32,000 nucleotides of DNA, from contig NZ_CP006932.1 in NCBI RefSeq assembly GCF_000582535.1, forward strand, positions 480,001 through 512,000. Reading direction: 5' to 3'. The notes under the pieces are model-generated. The model ran no database searches, was not told the DNA's origin, and saw only the letters and a list, made by a program, of their open reading frames with translations. Positions 19,510 through 30,982 of this stretch are shown here, piece after piece; within the stretch, counting starts at the first letter, position 1, and every line of letters starts with the position of its first letter. A program made the translations under genes and the position numbers. This DNA is from Candidatus Saccharimonadota bacterium. Lineage in GTDB: Bacteria > Bacillota_I > Bacilli_A > Mycoplasmatales > Hepatoplasmataceae.

Positions 19510-20701
19510 TTTTTATTAATATATCTTTAAAAAAACTTTTATGTTCTAAAGGAATATTATCTAAAGATTTGATAATATTTAAATCTTCTTTCTTGATCTC
19601 TCTTGTTTTAATAAGATAATCATTTTTAAAACGAAAACTTTGTTTTAAATAATTGATTAAATAAATTGGATCATTAATATTTTCTTTTTTGATTGAGTCG
19701 GCTATCTTTAAAATATAATTTTTTACAATTTGATGATTATTTACTAAATAAGAATAATCTAATAAAATATTTATAAAATAATCAGAAAAATTATATTTTT
19801 CCCTTAAAATTATAATTAATTTTTGATGAGAATTAATTAAACTATCAATATTTAATAAATTTAATAAAAATTTCTCAGGTGTGATAATTTGCAAATGTTT
19901 TCATTTTAATTTTTCTTTTTCTAAAAAAGAATCATAATAATTATTTAAAATCCTTCTTTTATAATTATTAATTATTATTTTATTAAATTTCTCTAAATTA
20001 AATCCATTAGAAAAATCATATGCCTCCGAAATAATTCTTGCAAATTCAAAATTATCTAATTTATAAATATTTATATATTCATTTAATAATTTTTTAAATT
20101 TAAAATCAAAAAAATTTTCATATTTAATTCCTTTTTGCTTTAAAAGCAAATATAACATACTAAAGTTATAATTATCTTTTTCTTGATTCAAATAAGAATA
20201 ATTATCTTTTTCTTGATTAATATTAGATGAAAAATCATTAATTAATTCAAAATTATCATTATCTTTTTTTTCTAAAAATTTTTCTTGTAAAAATTTTAAA
20301 TTGAGATCATAATTTTCTTTTCCAATTTTAGCAATCAAAAGATTTGCAAAATAAGTGTTTTGAAAAAATAATTCACAATCAAGTGGTTTTATTAATTCAT
20401 AAATATATCTGTTTTTAATTCGATCAAAATATATATTTAATAAATTTAATTTCTCAATTACTGAAAAAGCTTCAATTAATTCATTTTGATTTAAATTTAA
20501 ACTATCAGCTATTCTAGCTGATGGTACAAATAAATTATTTATTAATTTATTTTCACTTTCAGCTAGTAAAAAATAAAATAAAAATAAACCTTTTTTTCCC
20601 AAAAGTAAAGAATAAGTATATTTAAAAAAAGGTTCAATTAAAATTGCATAAGAATAATTAAGGTGAACTTTATAACTAGAATTGTATTTAAATTTTTTCA
20701 T
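19499..20701 (-). CDS. dnaB: Replication initiation / membrane attachment protein (Firmicute DnaB/DnaD-domain family, not the replicative helicase; 400 aa)
   Basis: Track ORFs 19901-20701 and 19499-19894 join via TGA 19901-19903. The C-terminal DnaD-like segment ITPEKFLLNLL...LIIILREKYNFSDYFINILLDY and the translationally coupled dnaI downstream support the call. The sequence is otherwise very diverged. Confidence 0.55.
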
Positions 20702-20715
20702 AATTATCTTTTATA

Positions 20716-21258
20716 TTATTTTTTGAATAAATTTTTAATATATTCTATATCTTTATTTTTAATATTATTTGTTGTATCAATTACATAATCAAATTTAACA
20801 CTTAAATTATCTCATTTATTAATCATTTCTTCAATAAAAGGATAATAAGATTTATTATCTTTTGCTCTTTTGATAATTTCTTTTTTATCAGCTTTTATTA
20901 AAATTAATTTATCATATTTAAATCTAATTGGAGAAGATGAAATAATTGGTAATTCTGCAACATAATTATCCTTATTTTCAAGATAATTTTTTATTACTGG
21001 GTGAATAATTTCATTTAATTTTTGTAATTGTTCTTTATCCTTTGTAACAAATAAACCTAATTTTTTTCGATCTACTTCTTTTTCATTTACAAATTGATCA
21101 CCAAAATATTTTTTAATTAAAAAATACCCTTCATGATCTTTTGTATAAATTTTTCTAACAAAAGAATCTGCATGAAAAACTTTAATATTATTTTCTTGTA
21201 ATTTTTTTAAAACTGTTGTTTTCCCTGAAAAAGGTGAACCTACTAATACTATAATCAT
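20716..21258 (-). CDS. coaE: Dephospho-CoA kinase (180 aa)
   Basis: MIIVLVGSPFSGKTTV (P-loop), VFHADSFVRKIY, LNEIIHPVI. TGA 20812-20814 is read as Trp, adding 31 residues before TAA 20716-20718. Confidence 0.8.
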
Positions 21259-21455
21259 TTCAATATAAATTTTCTCAATTCAAAAAATATCTTTAATTAT
21301 ATAATAATTAATTTAATAAACAAATTAAATAATTTAAATAATTTAACATTATAAATTTACTAGATTAAAAAAATTATTAATTTATTGGGGTAAGTCAGAA
21401 TTGATAATAAATATTTAGAAATTTTTATAATTAAAATTATTTCAAAAGATAAATA

Positions 21456-22877
21456 TTAAATTGTACTTTCGAGGACAATAAATAAAATTAAAATAGGAGT
21501 AATTAATGCAAAAATTCAATCTAATTCTTTTCATCTTTTTGTAAAAATCATCATAAATGCATAAATAATTAATCCCAAAATAATTCCATCTCCAATTGAA
21601 TAAGTAAGAATTGAAAAAATAATAATTGAAAAACTAGCAACTAATATTGCAGAATCTTTTAAATTAATTTTTGTAATATTTTTAAACATCAAAAATCCAA
21701 CAACAAATAATGCTCCAATTGTAACTGAATCCGTAATAAGAGGAATAGTAAGAGGAATGATTGGAATAATAAGTAAAAATAAAATTCCTGTAGTAAGTGA
21801 GGTTAATCCTGTTTTTCCTCCATAAGCAACTCCTGTAGCAGATTCTGCAAATACAATTGTGTTTGTAGATCCTATAAGTGATCCTGCTGCAATTGCAGTT
21901 GAATTTACAAAAAAAGTCTTATTACTTTTTTTCGGATCAACTTGATAATTTGGATCATCTTCTAATTCTTTTTCAATCATAAAAATTGTTCCCGAACTAT
22001 CAAGTAGCGAAATTAAAAATAAAATAAAAATAATAATATAAAAATTAATATCTTTTCAAGTAGAACTATCTGTAAGGGCATCTCAAAATAAAAAACTAAA
22101 ATCAGAAATTCCTGTAAAAGAATCTTTATAACCTGAAAAATTAAAATCAACCCATGGTAATTCTTGATTTATTTCAGAAGTAAAATTTAAAATCAAATTA
22201 ATAAATAAACCAATAATAATTGAAAAAATTATCCCATAGAGAATTGCTCCTTTTATATTATTTGCTCATAAAATTGCTGTAAAAATAAGCGTAAGCAAAC
22301 TAACAAAAGTAACTCAATTATAAAGATCACCGAGCATTGTAGGAGTTCCTTCTCCAGGTACTATAATTCCTGTATTATAAAGTCCTACATAAAAAATAAA
22401 AGCTCCTATTCCTACGGTAATTGCTAATTTTAAATCATCAGGGATTGCCCTCAAAAATCTCTGTTGTGTTTTTGTAAAAGCAACTATCATCAAAAATATT
22501 CCTGAAATTAAAATTGCAAGATAACTAGCAAAAGGTCCAATTAAAGGCATAGCATTATATGCAATAAAGGCATTTACTCCCATCCCTGAAGCTATTCCAA
22601 CCGGAAAATTTGCATAAATTCCAATTATAATTGTTGCAAAGGCAGCAACTATTGCTGTAATAATCATAATTGATCCTTTATTATAATTTAAAACTTGATC
22701 AGGATTTTGTTGATTTCAAATATCAATTCCCTCTCCTAAAATACTAGCTTGTACAAAAATTATATAAAGCATTGAAATAAAAACAATTAATCCTGAGATT
22801 AATTCTGTTCTGATATTTGTATTATTATCGTTCAAACGAAAATAATTACTAAGAGAAAATTTAGAATATTTAGACAT
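21456..22877 (-). CDS. NCS2/AzgA-family purine (guanine/hypoxanthine/adenine) permease (473 aa)
   Basis: The N-terminus FRLNDNNTNIRTELISGLIVFISMLYIIFVQASILG matches the AzgA-type signature (F.L....T..RTE..AG.TTF.TM.YI..VNP.IL). Multi-pass TM throughout. Track ORFs 22314-22667 and 21531-21980 are joined by many TGA=Trp codons. ATG 22875-22877, TAA 21456-21458. Confidence 0.8.
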
Positions 22878-23721
22878 TTAAATTTTTATATTTTAAAACT
22901 TGTTCTTGTGGACAAAAATATGTTCCTCTTCCAGCAACAACTATTTTTTCAATTGTGGTTCTACAAATTTTACAAGGAAGTCCTTTTTTTCCATGAACCA
23001 TTAATTTATTTTGAAAATTTCCTTTTTCCCCAAAAGATTTAAATGTTTTAATTGTTGATCCTCCATCTCTAATTGAAGCTTTTAAAATTAAAATAGCAGA
23101 ATCAATAATTTTTTTAAAATCTTTTTTTGCAATATTTTTTGTCATCTCTTGTGGATGAATTTTAGCAGCAAATAAAACTTCATCTACATAGATATTTCCT
23201 AATCCAGATATATATTTCTGACTTAATAATAAACTCTTAATTGTACTTTTACTATTTTTTATTTTTTGATAAAAATTTTCAAAATCAATATCTCAAGGTT
23301 CAGGACCAAGATTTTTAAAAAATGTATTATCTTTAATTTGTTTATTATTATCAAATAGATCAATTGTTGCAAATTTGCGATGATCATTAAATAATAATCA
23401 ATTATTATTATTTAATTTAAAACTTACAATTGTATGGATTAAATCAATTTTTGTTAATTCTTCCTTATTTAAAAATTTAAAGTTTCCTTCCATTCGTAAG
23501 TGTAATATTAGATATTTACTTTCTGTTTCAATTACTAAATTTTTTGCAATTTGAAAAACATCAATTGGTTTTAAATTTTTTAAATTCTCTAATTCAATTT
23601 TTTCTGCATTTCTTAAAGATTTTTGATAATAAAGATTAATTTGATTAATTCTTTGATTATCATTAAGTAAAATTGCTCTTAATTGTTTTGCAACAACATT
23701 AACTTCTGGTAATTCGGGCAT
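22870..23721 (-). CDS. mutM: Formamidopyrimidine-DNA glycosylase (283 aa)
   Basis: N-terminal MPELPEV (catalytic Pro2/Glu3), H2TH region LLLSQKYISGLGNIYVDEVLFAAKIHP, C-terminal finger CKIC-N16-CPQE. Three fragments are joined by TGA at 23398-23400 and within 23146-23397. Confidence 0.9.
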
Positions 23722-23739
23722 CTTATAATTCTCCTAATT

Positions 23740-24654
23740 TTAATTATTATTTTCTAGTGCTAATTTTTTAAATTTATTTGCTAAGGTAAATACTTCTTTT
23801 TCTTCAAAAAATTTAATTAAATCCGCAAAATTGTCTGGTTTTTTATATATAAAATCACTTAATTTAAATTTAAAATGATCATCCTTAATTTTAATTGTTG
23901 CAAGATTTTTATCTCTTAGTGCTAAATCCTTATATTCTAATATCTTCTCTTTTAAAGGATTTTCTAATTTATCAACATTTTTAATAATTGTTTCTAAATT
24001 ATTATAATAATTTAGAAGTTTAATTGCCCCTTGTGGACCAATTCCTTTAATTCCTAAAATATTATCAGATTTATCTCCTGCAATTGATTTAAAATCAGGA
24101 ATCTGAATTGGACTTAAATTATTCAGTTTTTTTGCAAAATTAAAAATATTAAATTCCTCTAAATCTTGTACTCCTTTTTTTGCAAGATAGATATTTACAT
24201 TTTCATCTACTAATTGCAAAAAATCATTATCTGTAGTAATAATATTTACAATATAATTTTCCTTTTTTGCTTTATTTGCAACAATTCCAATTAGATCATC
24301 TGCTTCATTATAAGGATCATTTGCTGCATTTATCCCATATAATTTTAAAAATTGATAAGCCATCGGGATTTGTAAAATTAAATCCTTAGGTGTTTCTTTT
24401 CTTGTTGCTTTATAAAAATCATACTGATGTCGATATGTTTTTTTTTCTTTTGAATCAAAAGCAATAAAAATTGATTGTGCTTCTTTAAAAATTTCTTGTA
24501 ATTTTAAAATCATTAATGAAAACGATCTTAAAGCATTAACTGGTTCATTTTTTGAATTGTAGCCTTTTTTATTTTCAAGCATTTTTTGTGTTCCAAAAAA
24601 TGATTTAAATAATAAAGAGTTTCCATCAATTAATAATATTTCTTTGTTTTCCAT
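23740..24654 (-). CDS. 5'-3' exonuclease (Pol I N-terminal/FEN domain only; 304 aa)
   Basis: Intact track ORF. LLIDGNSLLFKSFF, YDFYKATR, ADDLIG, and the H3TH segment PDFKSIAGDKSDNILGIKGIGPQGAIKLL. No polymerase domain follows. The exo-fpg pairing is typical of Mollicutes. Confidence 0.9.
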   Translation of the reverse strand: MENKEILLIDGNSLLFKSFFGTQKMLENKKGYNSKNEPVNALRSFSLMILKLQEIFKEAQSIFIAFDSKEKKTYRHQYDFYKATRKETPKDLILQIPMAYQFLKLYGINAANDPYNEADDLIGIVANKAKKENYIVNIITTDNDFLQLVDENVNIYLAKKGVQDLEEFNIFNFAKKLNNLSPIQIPDFKSIAGDKSDNILGIKGIGPQGAIKLLNYYNNLETIIKNVDKLENPLKEKILEYKDLALRDKNLATIKIKDDHFKFKLSDFIYKKPDNFADLIKFFEEKEVFTLANKFKKLALENNN

Positions 24655-24687
24655 ATCTTTTCTAATTAATTATCAATTGATAAATTA

Positions 24688-25086
24688 CTAACCAACTAAA
24701 ACTAATATTCCTCCTATTAATGAGCAAAATAATCCCAAGATTCCTGCTGCAATTTTATAATTACCATTCCCTGAAAGCAAAGTTGCATTAAAATAAATTG
24801 CTGGAATTGTATAAATCAAAGTAATTATAAAAAAACTTATAAGAACTCCGAATACAATATTTATAATTGCTCCTGCTTTTACAACAGCAGAAACTTCTTC
24901 TTTATATATTACTTGTTGATGATTATATTGCTCAAAATTATTTTGCTCATTTTTAGGATGTTTTAAATCATAATCTTTTAATAATTTAATCATCTCTTCG
25001 CGCTTAGTTTTTTCCTTATCAAAAGAAATTTTCTTTGCTGTTAATTGCTCGATTAATTGTTGATCTGTAAGTACATCATAATTCAT
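24688..25086 (-). CDS. Hypothetical membrane protein (132 aa): N-terminal helix-extension-helix-like segment + 2-3 TM
   Basis: Intact ORF. LTDQQLIEQLTAKKISFDKEKTKREEMIKLLKDY resembles SAP/HeH (Rho-N-like) modules. The C-terminus AGAIINIVFGVLISFFIITLIY...AAGILGLFCSLIGGILVLVG is hydrophobic. Confidence 0.55.
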   Translation of the reverse strand: MNYDVLTDQQLIEQLTAKKISFDKEKTKREEMIKLLKDYDLKHPKNEQNNFEQYNHQQVIYKEEVSAVVKAGAIINIVFGVLISFFIITLIYTIPAIYFNATLLSGNGNYKIAAGILGLFCSLIGGILVLVG

Positions 25087-25122
25087 AATTTTAATATATC
25101 ACAAAAATTATAATCAATAAAA

Positions 25123-25437
25123 CTAATATTTTTTTAATAAATTAAAAAAATCATCTTGAAGATCTTGATCTTTAATTTTCAAAATTAATTTAAGCAATTT
25201 TTTATTTTGATAATTTAATTTTAATTTATCTTCAAATTGAATAAGATTTTTTTCTACTGATTTTAAAATATCATGAATTGTTGATCGTGCTACTTTACGA
25301 TTATTTGCAATTTCAGAAAGCGAAAAATCTTCGAAATAATATAATTCAAATATTTCTTGTTGCAAATTTGTAAGAAGCAATTTATAGAGATCATAATACT
25401 CTGTAAGTTTTGATAATTTATTTATCTTTTTATTCAT
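25123..25437 (-). CDS. ylxM: YlxM/UPF0122 helix-turn-helix protein (104 aa)
   Basis: YYDLYKLLLTNLQQEIFELYYFEDFSLSEIANNRKVARSTIHDILKSVEKNL is the family-typical sigma-70 region 4-like HTH. Positioned directly after ftsY, with an 8-nt overlap. Confidence 0.85.
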   Translation of the reverse strand: MNKKINKLSKLTEYYDLYKLLLTNLQQEIFELYYFEDFSLSEIANNRKVARSTIHDILKSVEKNLIQFEDKLKLNYQNKKLLKLILKIKDQDLQDDFFNLLKKY

Positions 25438-26455
25438 CTTCTAATAGATCAGAAAGTAATGCAATAAGATATTGATTTAAATCAAATTCAGCAAAATCAG
25501 TGATCTTTTCACCCATTCCAATAAATTTAACAGGAATATTAAATACATCCTTAATTGCAATAATAATTCCTCCTTTTGCACTTGAATCTGTTTTTGTAAG
25601 AATAATTCCTGATAGATTTAATAATTTATTAAATTCTGAAGCTTGATTTATTCCATTTTGTCCAATTGTTGCATCTAGTACTAATAATTTTTCTTGTGCT
25701 TTAATTTTTAATAACTTAAAAATTACATTATCGATTTTTTGAAGCTCTTGCATTAAATTTGCTTTATTTTGCAATCGTCCTGCAGTATCAATAATTAAAA
25801 CATCTGCTTTTTCCTCTTGTCCTTTTAATATAGCTTTATAAACAACAGAAGCAGGATCTTGTCCTACTTTATCAGGAGAAACTACATTTATCTTTAATCG
25901 ATCTCCTCAAATTTTTAATTGTTCTACTGCTCCTGCACGAAAAGTATCTGCTGCTGCTAATAAAACTTTTTTATGATCTTTTTGTAAATAATTGGCAAGC
26001 TTTGCAATTGATGTTGTTTTTCCTGTTCCATTAACTCCAATTACTAAAATAATATTTAATTTATCATTCAAATTTAAATTAAGAATATTTTGATCTTTTT
26101 TCTTTTTATCGTTTTTTAAATAAGAATCAAATAAATAATCAATGATAAATTGATTAATTTCGTTTCCATTTTTAATTTTATTTACTTTAATGTGATCTTT
26201 AAGTTTTAAAATTAAATTGTTTGCATATATTGCACCAATATCAGCAGAAATTAAAATATTTTGAAGTTCATCGAAATATTCTTGATCAATTTTTACTTTT
26301 CTTGCTGCTAATTTTTTTAATCTAAAAGCAAAAGATTGATTAGATTTTTTTAATGCTTTTTGATATTTTTCTTCGATTTGATCTTGCTTAGATTCTTTTA
26401 TCTTTTCTAAAACTTGATCTTGTTTTTTCTTTTTTAGAAATTTAAATATTGCCAT
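25430..26455 (-). CDS. ftsY: Signal recognition particle receptor FtsY (341 aa)
   Basis: G1 [32 protein letters not shown] (W=TGA at 25907-25909), G3 IDTAGRL, G4 [10 protein letters not shown]. Track ORFs 25907-26455 and 25430-25774 lie in one frame. Confidence 0.93.
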
Positions 26456-26465
26456 TTTCTTCCTT

Positions 26466-29309
26466 TTAATTTATAAATTCTTCTTTTACTTTATCTAAAC
26501 TAACATTAAAAATACTTGTAACACCTTTTTCTTGCATTGTAACACCATATAAGATATCTGCTTTTTCCATTGTTCCTGGTCTATGAGATACAATAATTAA
26601 TTGTGTTTGATTATTTAAAATTTTAGCAAAATTTGCAAATCTTTCTACATTTGCTTCATCTAATGCTGCTTCTACTTCATCCAATAATAAAAGAGGAAGA
26701 TTTCTAATTTCATTAATTGCAAAAATTAAAGAAATAGCAATCAATGATTTTTCTCCTCCCGAATATAAGGAAAGATTTTTTACAGATTTTCCAGGAGCAG
26801 AAGCTCTTATTTCAAGTCCAGATTCCAATAAATTATCTGGTTCAATAAATTCAATTTTAGCATGTCCACCTCTAAATAATGTTTTAAAAATGGCATCAAA
26901 ACGATCATTTATTTTTAAATAAGTATTTTTAATTCGCTTGATCATTTCTTGATCCATAATATCAATTGTAGAAGTTAATTTTTCTTTTGCTTCTGTTAAT
27001 TCTTTAATTTCATGATCTAATTTTTGATATTCTGCAGTTAATTCTTGATATCTTTTAATTGCTTCTTGATCAATATATCCAATTGCTCGTAATTCTTTTC
27101 GATATTCTTGTTGTTTAATAATAATTTCATCAATTGGTTCTTTTAATTTTTTAAAATCCTTTTCTAAAAGGTTTTGATAAGTTAATTGATAATCTTTATT
27201 TAAAATATCGGTATTTTCAGAGATTAATCTTTCGATTTTATCAAGATTAATCTCTGAATATTGAATTTTTTGTAATAAATCTTGTCATTTTTTATTTTGT
27301 AATTGTTGATTATCTTGTGAATCTATTATTTTTAGTGATAATTGATGTTTTTTTTGATTTAAATTTCTTATTTGATTATTTATTTTTTCTAGTGATAAGG
27401 GTTTTTTAAGATCTTTTTTAATTTCTAATTTTTCTAAATCAAATTCTTCCTTAAAAATTGTATGATAACTTTCTAATAATTGTTGAAGATCTTTTTCTAA
27501 AAAATGTAATCTTTCAGCATTGCGAATATTTCCTTTTTGAACAATATCTCTTTTTGCATTAAAATCTAAAATATTATTTTCCAGATTATCAATCATTATT
27601 TCATTTTTATTAATTACTTTTGCTAATTTTTCTTTTGCTAATTGATATCTTTCAAGTTCAAATTTTTTAATATTTTTATTGCTAAATCCTCCCTTTACTG
27701 TAAAACCAGGATAAATAATATCACCCTCTAAAGTAACGATTGATAAACGATATTGAATAAATTTAGCAGCAAGAAGAGCAGAATCTAAGTCATTAAAAAT
27801 AACAATATTTCCCGCAAGTGAAGATACTACTTTTTTAAATTTAGAATCTGCTTTAATTACATCACTTAAAATAGAATTAAAACCACTAATTTTAATAATT
27901 ACACTTTTAAGTTCATCAATAATAAATTTTTCCTTTACATTTTCCGCAGGAATAAAAGTAGCAATTCCTAATTTATTTTTTTTCAAAAAAGCAACTGTTT
28001 CTTTTATTGTTTTTTCATTATTTACAACAATATTTTTAAATTTTGATCCAATTGCAGTTTCTAGTGCTAATTCATATTGTGAATCTACTTTAATTAAATC
28101 TTTTACAGTTCCATATACTAAATTAAATATTAATTTATTATCTAATATTGATTTTACTGCTTGATTATAATTTTTATCAGCATTTTTAAGATTATCTAAT
28201 TGAAAATTAACTTGATTTAATTTAGCAATATAATTTTCAGTTTCTGATCTAAGTTCAAACATTTTTGTTTTTAAACTACTAATTTGCTTATTTAAATCTT
28301 CTTCTTCATTTTCTGTTTGCTTAATAATATCTTTTAAATCATTTATTCCATAAAGAGAATATTTAATTTTATTACTAAACTCTTTTTTATCACCATTGAA
28401 ACTTATTTTCTTATTTAAATTATTTTGCAAATCATTTTGGATTGTATGTAATTTGGTAATTTCTTGATCTAAATCTAATAATGTAACTTGATCTTCTTTT
28501 AAATCTTTTGCTAGTTTATTAAGAATTTTTTCAATTAAAATTTTTTCTTGTTTTGATTTTTCTTCTAGATTTTTTAATTCGTCTTGTTTATTATATCCAT
28601 CTAATAAAAGACTTTTTATTAAAGGTAATTCAATTTTAGTAAGTTCTTCTTTTATCTTAAGATAATTTTTAGCTTGTTCACTTGCTTTTTTAAGTGGAGC
28701 AATTTGTTTTTTTAATCCATTTAATTTAACTTCAAAAATCTCTAAATTAGTTGCTACTTTTTCTAATTTTAAAACTGCTTCTTTTTTATGAATTTGATAT
28801 TTACTTACACCTGAAGCCTCTTCTAATAATAATCTCAAATCTTGTGGTCTTGCTTCTGCTATTTTTGCAACCGATCCTTGCGAGATAATTGAAAGATCAG
28901 TATTTCCTAATCCTGTATCTAAAAAAAGATTTTTAACATCTTTTCTTCTTACTTTTTCTCTATTAATAAAATATTGATTTTCATTTTTTTTACGATACAA
29001 CTTTCTCGTAATTATTATTTCATCTTCTTCATGTTCTAATAATTTATTACTATTATCAAAAAAAAGATTAACCTCTGCAAAAGAAGCAGCTTCTTTTGTA
29101 TGTGATCCACTAAAAATCATATCATCCGTTTGTTTTGCACGTAAAGTTTTTTTTGATGATTCTCCCAGAACTCATTTTAAAGCATCATTAATATTTGATT
29201 TTCCTGAACCATTTGGACCAACAATTACTGTAAGTCCTTTTTTAAATTCAATTACTGTAGGAAAAGCAAATGATTTAAAACCTTTGAGCTCAATTTTTTT
29301 TAGAAACAT
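26466..29309 (-). CDS. smc: Chromosome partition protein SMC (947 aa)
   Basis: Walker [21 protein letters not shown], hinge [24 protein letters not shown], signature [16 protein letters not shown], Walker [13 protein letters not shown]. Three pieces are joined by TGA codons; I translated 26958-27287 and found no TAA or TAG. The ATG at 29307-29309 overlaps the rnc TAA by 1 nt (TAATG). Confidence 0.93.
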
Positions 29310-30001
29310 TATTTTAGATCCACCCTTTTACTAATTGCATTTTTTGCTGCTTTTTGTTCTGCTTCTTTTTTTGAATTACCTATTCCTTCTCCCAATTTAT
29401 TATTATCATGAAAAACAGCAACAGTAAAAATATTTTTATTTCCTTCTCTTTTTTGCTTAATTACTTGATAAAATGCCGTATTCCCTCCATCAGCTTGTAA
29501 ATTCTCTTGTAATCTTGTTTTATAATCTTTGAAAGTAGATTTTTCTTTTAAATTCTTTTTAAGATCAATCAAAATATTTTTTGTAACAAATTTTTTAGTT
29601 GCTTTTAATCCAATATCAAGATAAATTGCCGCAATTAATGATTCAAATACATCTTCATAAACTGAATCAGAAGGTTGATTTTTTTGTTCTCCTAATCCTC
29701 GATAAATATATTTTTCAAATTGTAATTTTTTTCCTATTTTTGAAAGATTAGTTTTATCAACATGTTTTGAACGAATTAGTGTCATTTCTCCTGGTGGTAA
29801 ATTTTTGAAATTTTTAAAAATATATTCACCTACAATATAACCTAAAATTGAATCACCTAAAAATTCTAAGCGTTCATAACTTTCCGCATTATCTTTTGAT
29901 TCATGACTAAAAGACATATGCGTAAAGGCAATATGATAATAATTAATATTTTTAAATTTAATACCATTTTTTAATAAAAAATCCTCAAAGCTATTTTTCA
30001 T
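29309..30001 (-). CDS. rnc: Ribonuclease III (230 aa)
   Basis: Intact ORF. RNase III signature [12 protein letters not shown] and a C-terminal dsRBD ([19 protein letters not shown]). Confidence 0.95.
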   Translation of the reverse strand: MKNSFEDFLLKNGIKFKNINYYHIAFTHMSFSHESKDNAESYERLEFLGDSILGYIVGEYIFKNFKNLPPGEMTLIRSKHVDKTNLSKIGKKLQFEKYIYRGLGEQKNQPSDSVYEDVFESLIAAIYLDIGLKATKKFVTKNILIDLKKNLKEKSTFKDYKTRLQENLQADGGNTAFYQVIKQKREGNKNIFTVAVFHDNNKLGEGIGNSKKEAEQKAAKNAISKRVDLK

Positions 30002-30980
30002 TTTTTAGTTTATTTTTAATATTTTCTAATAATTTATTTTCTAATAATTGTTTTCCTAAAATTAATGAATTTAGAAAATATTTTGTATCAGACCCTCCGT
30101 GTACTTTAATAAGTAAATGATTTAACCCTAATACAATTGCTCCACCTATATCATCACCACTAAAAGCATTTTTAAATCTTTTTCGTAAATCTTTTGCAAA
30201 TAACAAACCTATTTTTGTAAGGAATGATTTATTTGCACTTTCTTTCATAATTCCATAAACAAGATTAAATGATCCTTCATATGCTTTAATTGCAATATTT
30301 CCACTAATTCCATCTGAAACTATTATATCTTCATCTCCATATAATAAACGATCAGATTCAATATTTCCTAAGAAATTAATTCTTTTCTCAGCTTTTAATT
30401 TTTGATGAGTTTCTTTTAATAAATTATTCCCTTTGGATTCTTCTTCTCCAATATTAAGTAATTTAACACGTGGTCTATTTGAAATCCCTAGTGCTTTAAA
30501 ATATTCTGTTCCCATAATTGCATAAGTTACTAAGGTATCAGAATCAGGATTTGCATTTGCTCCTCCATCTATTAAAATTTTTTTATCACCAAAAATATTT
30601 TTAAAAATTGGTGAAAAAGCAGGTCTTAAATTTGCATTAATTGTCCGAAAATAAACATATCCGGCCGTAACTAAAGAACCAGAAGAAGCAGCTGAAACAA
30701 CAAGATCAGCTTCTTTTGATAGAACACTTTTAATAGCTTTTATTAAAGTGGAATCCTCTTTTCTTTTAATTTGCATCGGTCCATCGGTTTGTGAAATTAT
30801 ATCTTTACATATTACAAATTTAATATTTTGATTGTAAACAACTGGAATTTCGATTTCCCCTGTAACAAATGCGATTATTTTATAATCTTGATTTTTACTT
30901 AAAAATTCTTCTGCTGCATTAAAAGCAGGTTCAAATCCTTTATCTCCCGACATTAAATCAAATGCGATTATTTTTTTCAT
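29991..30980 (-). CDS. plsX: Phosphate acyltransferase PlsX (329 aa)
   Basis: Intact ORF. MKKIIAFDLMSGDKG, LVSAASSGS, ILIDGGANA, KVHGGS. Overlaps the rnc start by 11 nt. Confidence 0.93.
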   Translation of the reverse strand: MKKIIAFDLMSGDKGFEPAFNAAEEFLSKNQDYKIIAFVTGEIEIPVVYNQNIKFVICKDIISQTDGPMQIKRKEDSTLIKAIKSVLSKEADLVVSAASSGSLVTAGYVYFRTINANLRPAFSPIFKNIFGDKKILIDGGANANPDSDTLVTYAIMGTEYFKALGISNRPRVKLLNIGEEESKGNNLLKETHQKLKAEKRINFLGNIESDRLLYGDEDIIVSDGISGNIAIKAYEGSFNLVYGIMKESANKSFLTKIGLLFAKDLRKRFKNAFSGDDIGGAIVLGLNHLLIKVHGGSDTKYFLNSLILGKQLLENKLLENIKNKLKNEK

Positions 30981-30982
30981 AT

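Noticed and set aside
21259-21455. 197-nt intergenic region between the purine permease and coaE as a riboswitch or terminator
   Set aside because: I found only AT-only low-complexity repeats (AAATTATTT x2) and a weak all-A/U hairpin right after the permease stop, with no GC-containing stem or conserved core. It probably just holds the coaE promoter.
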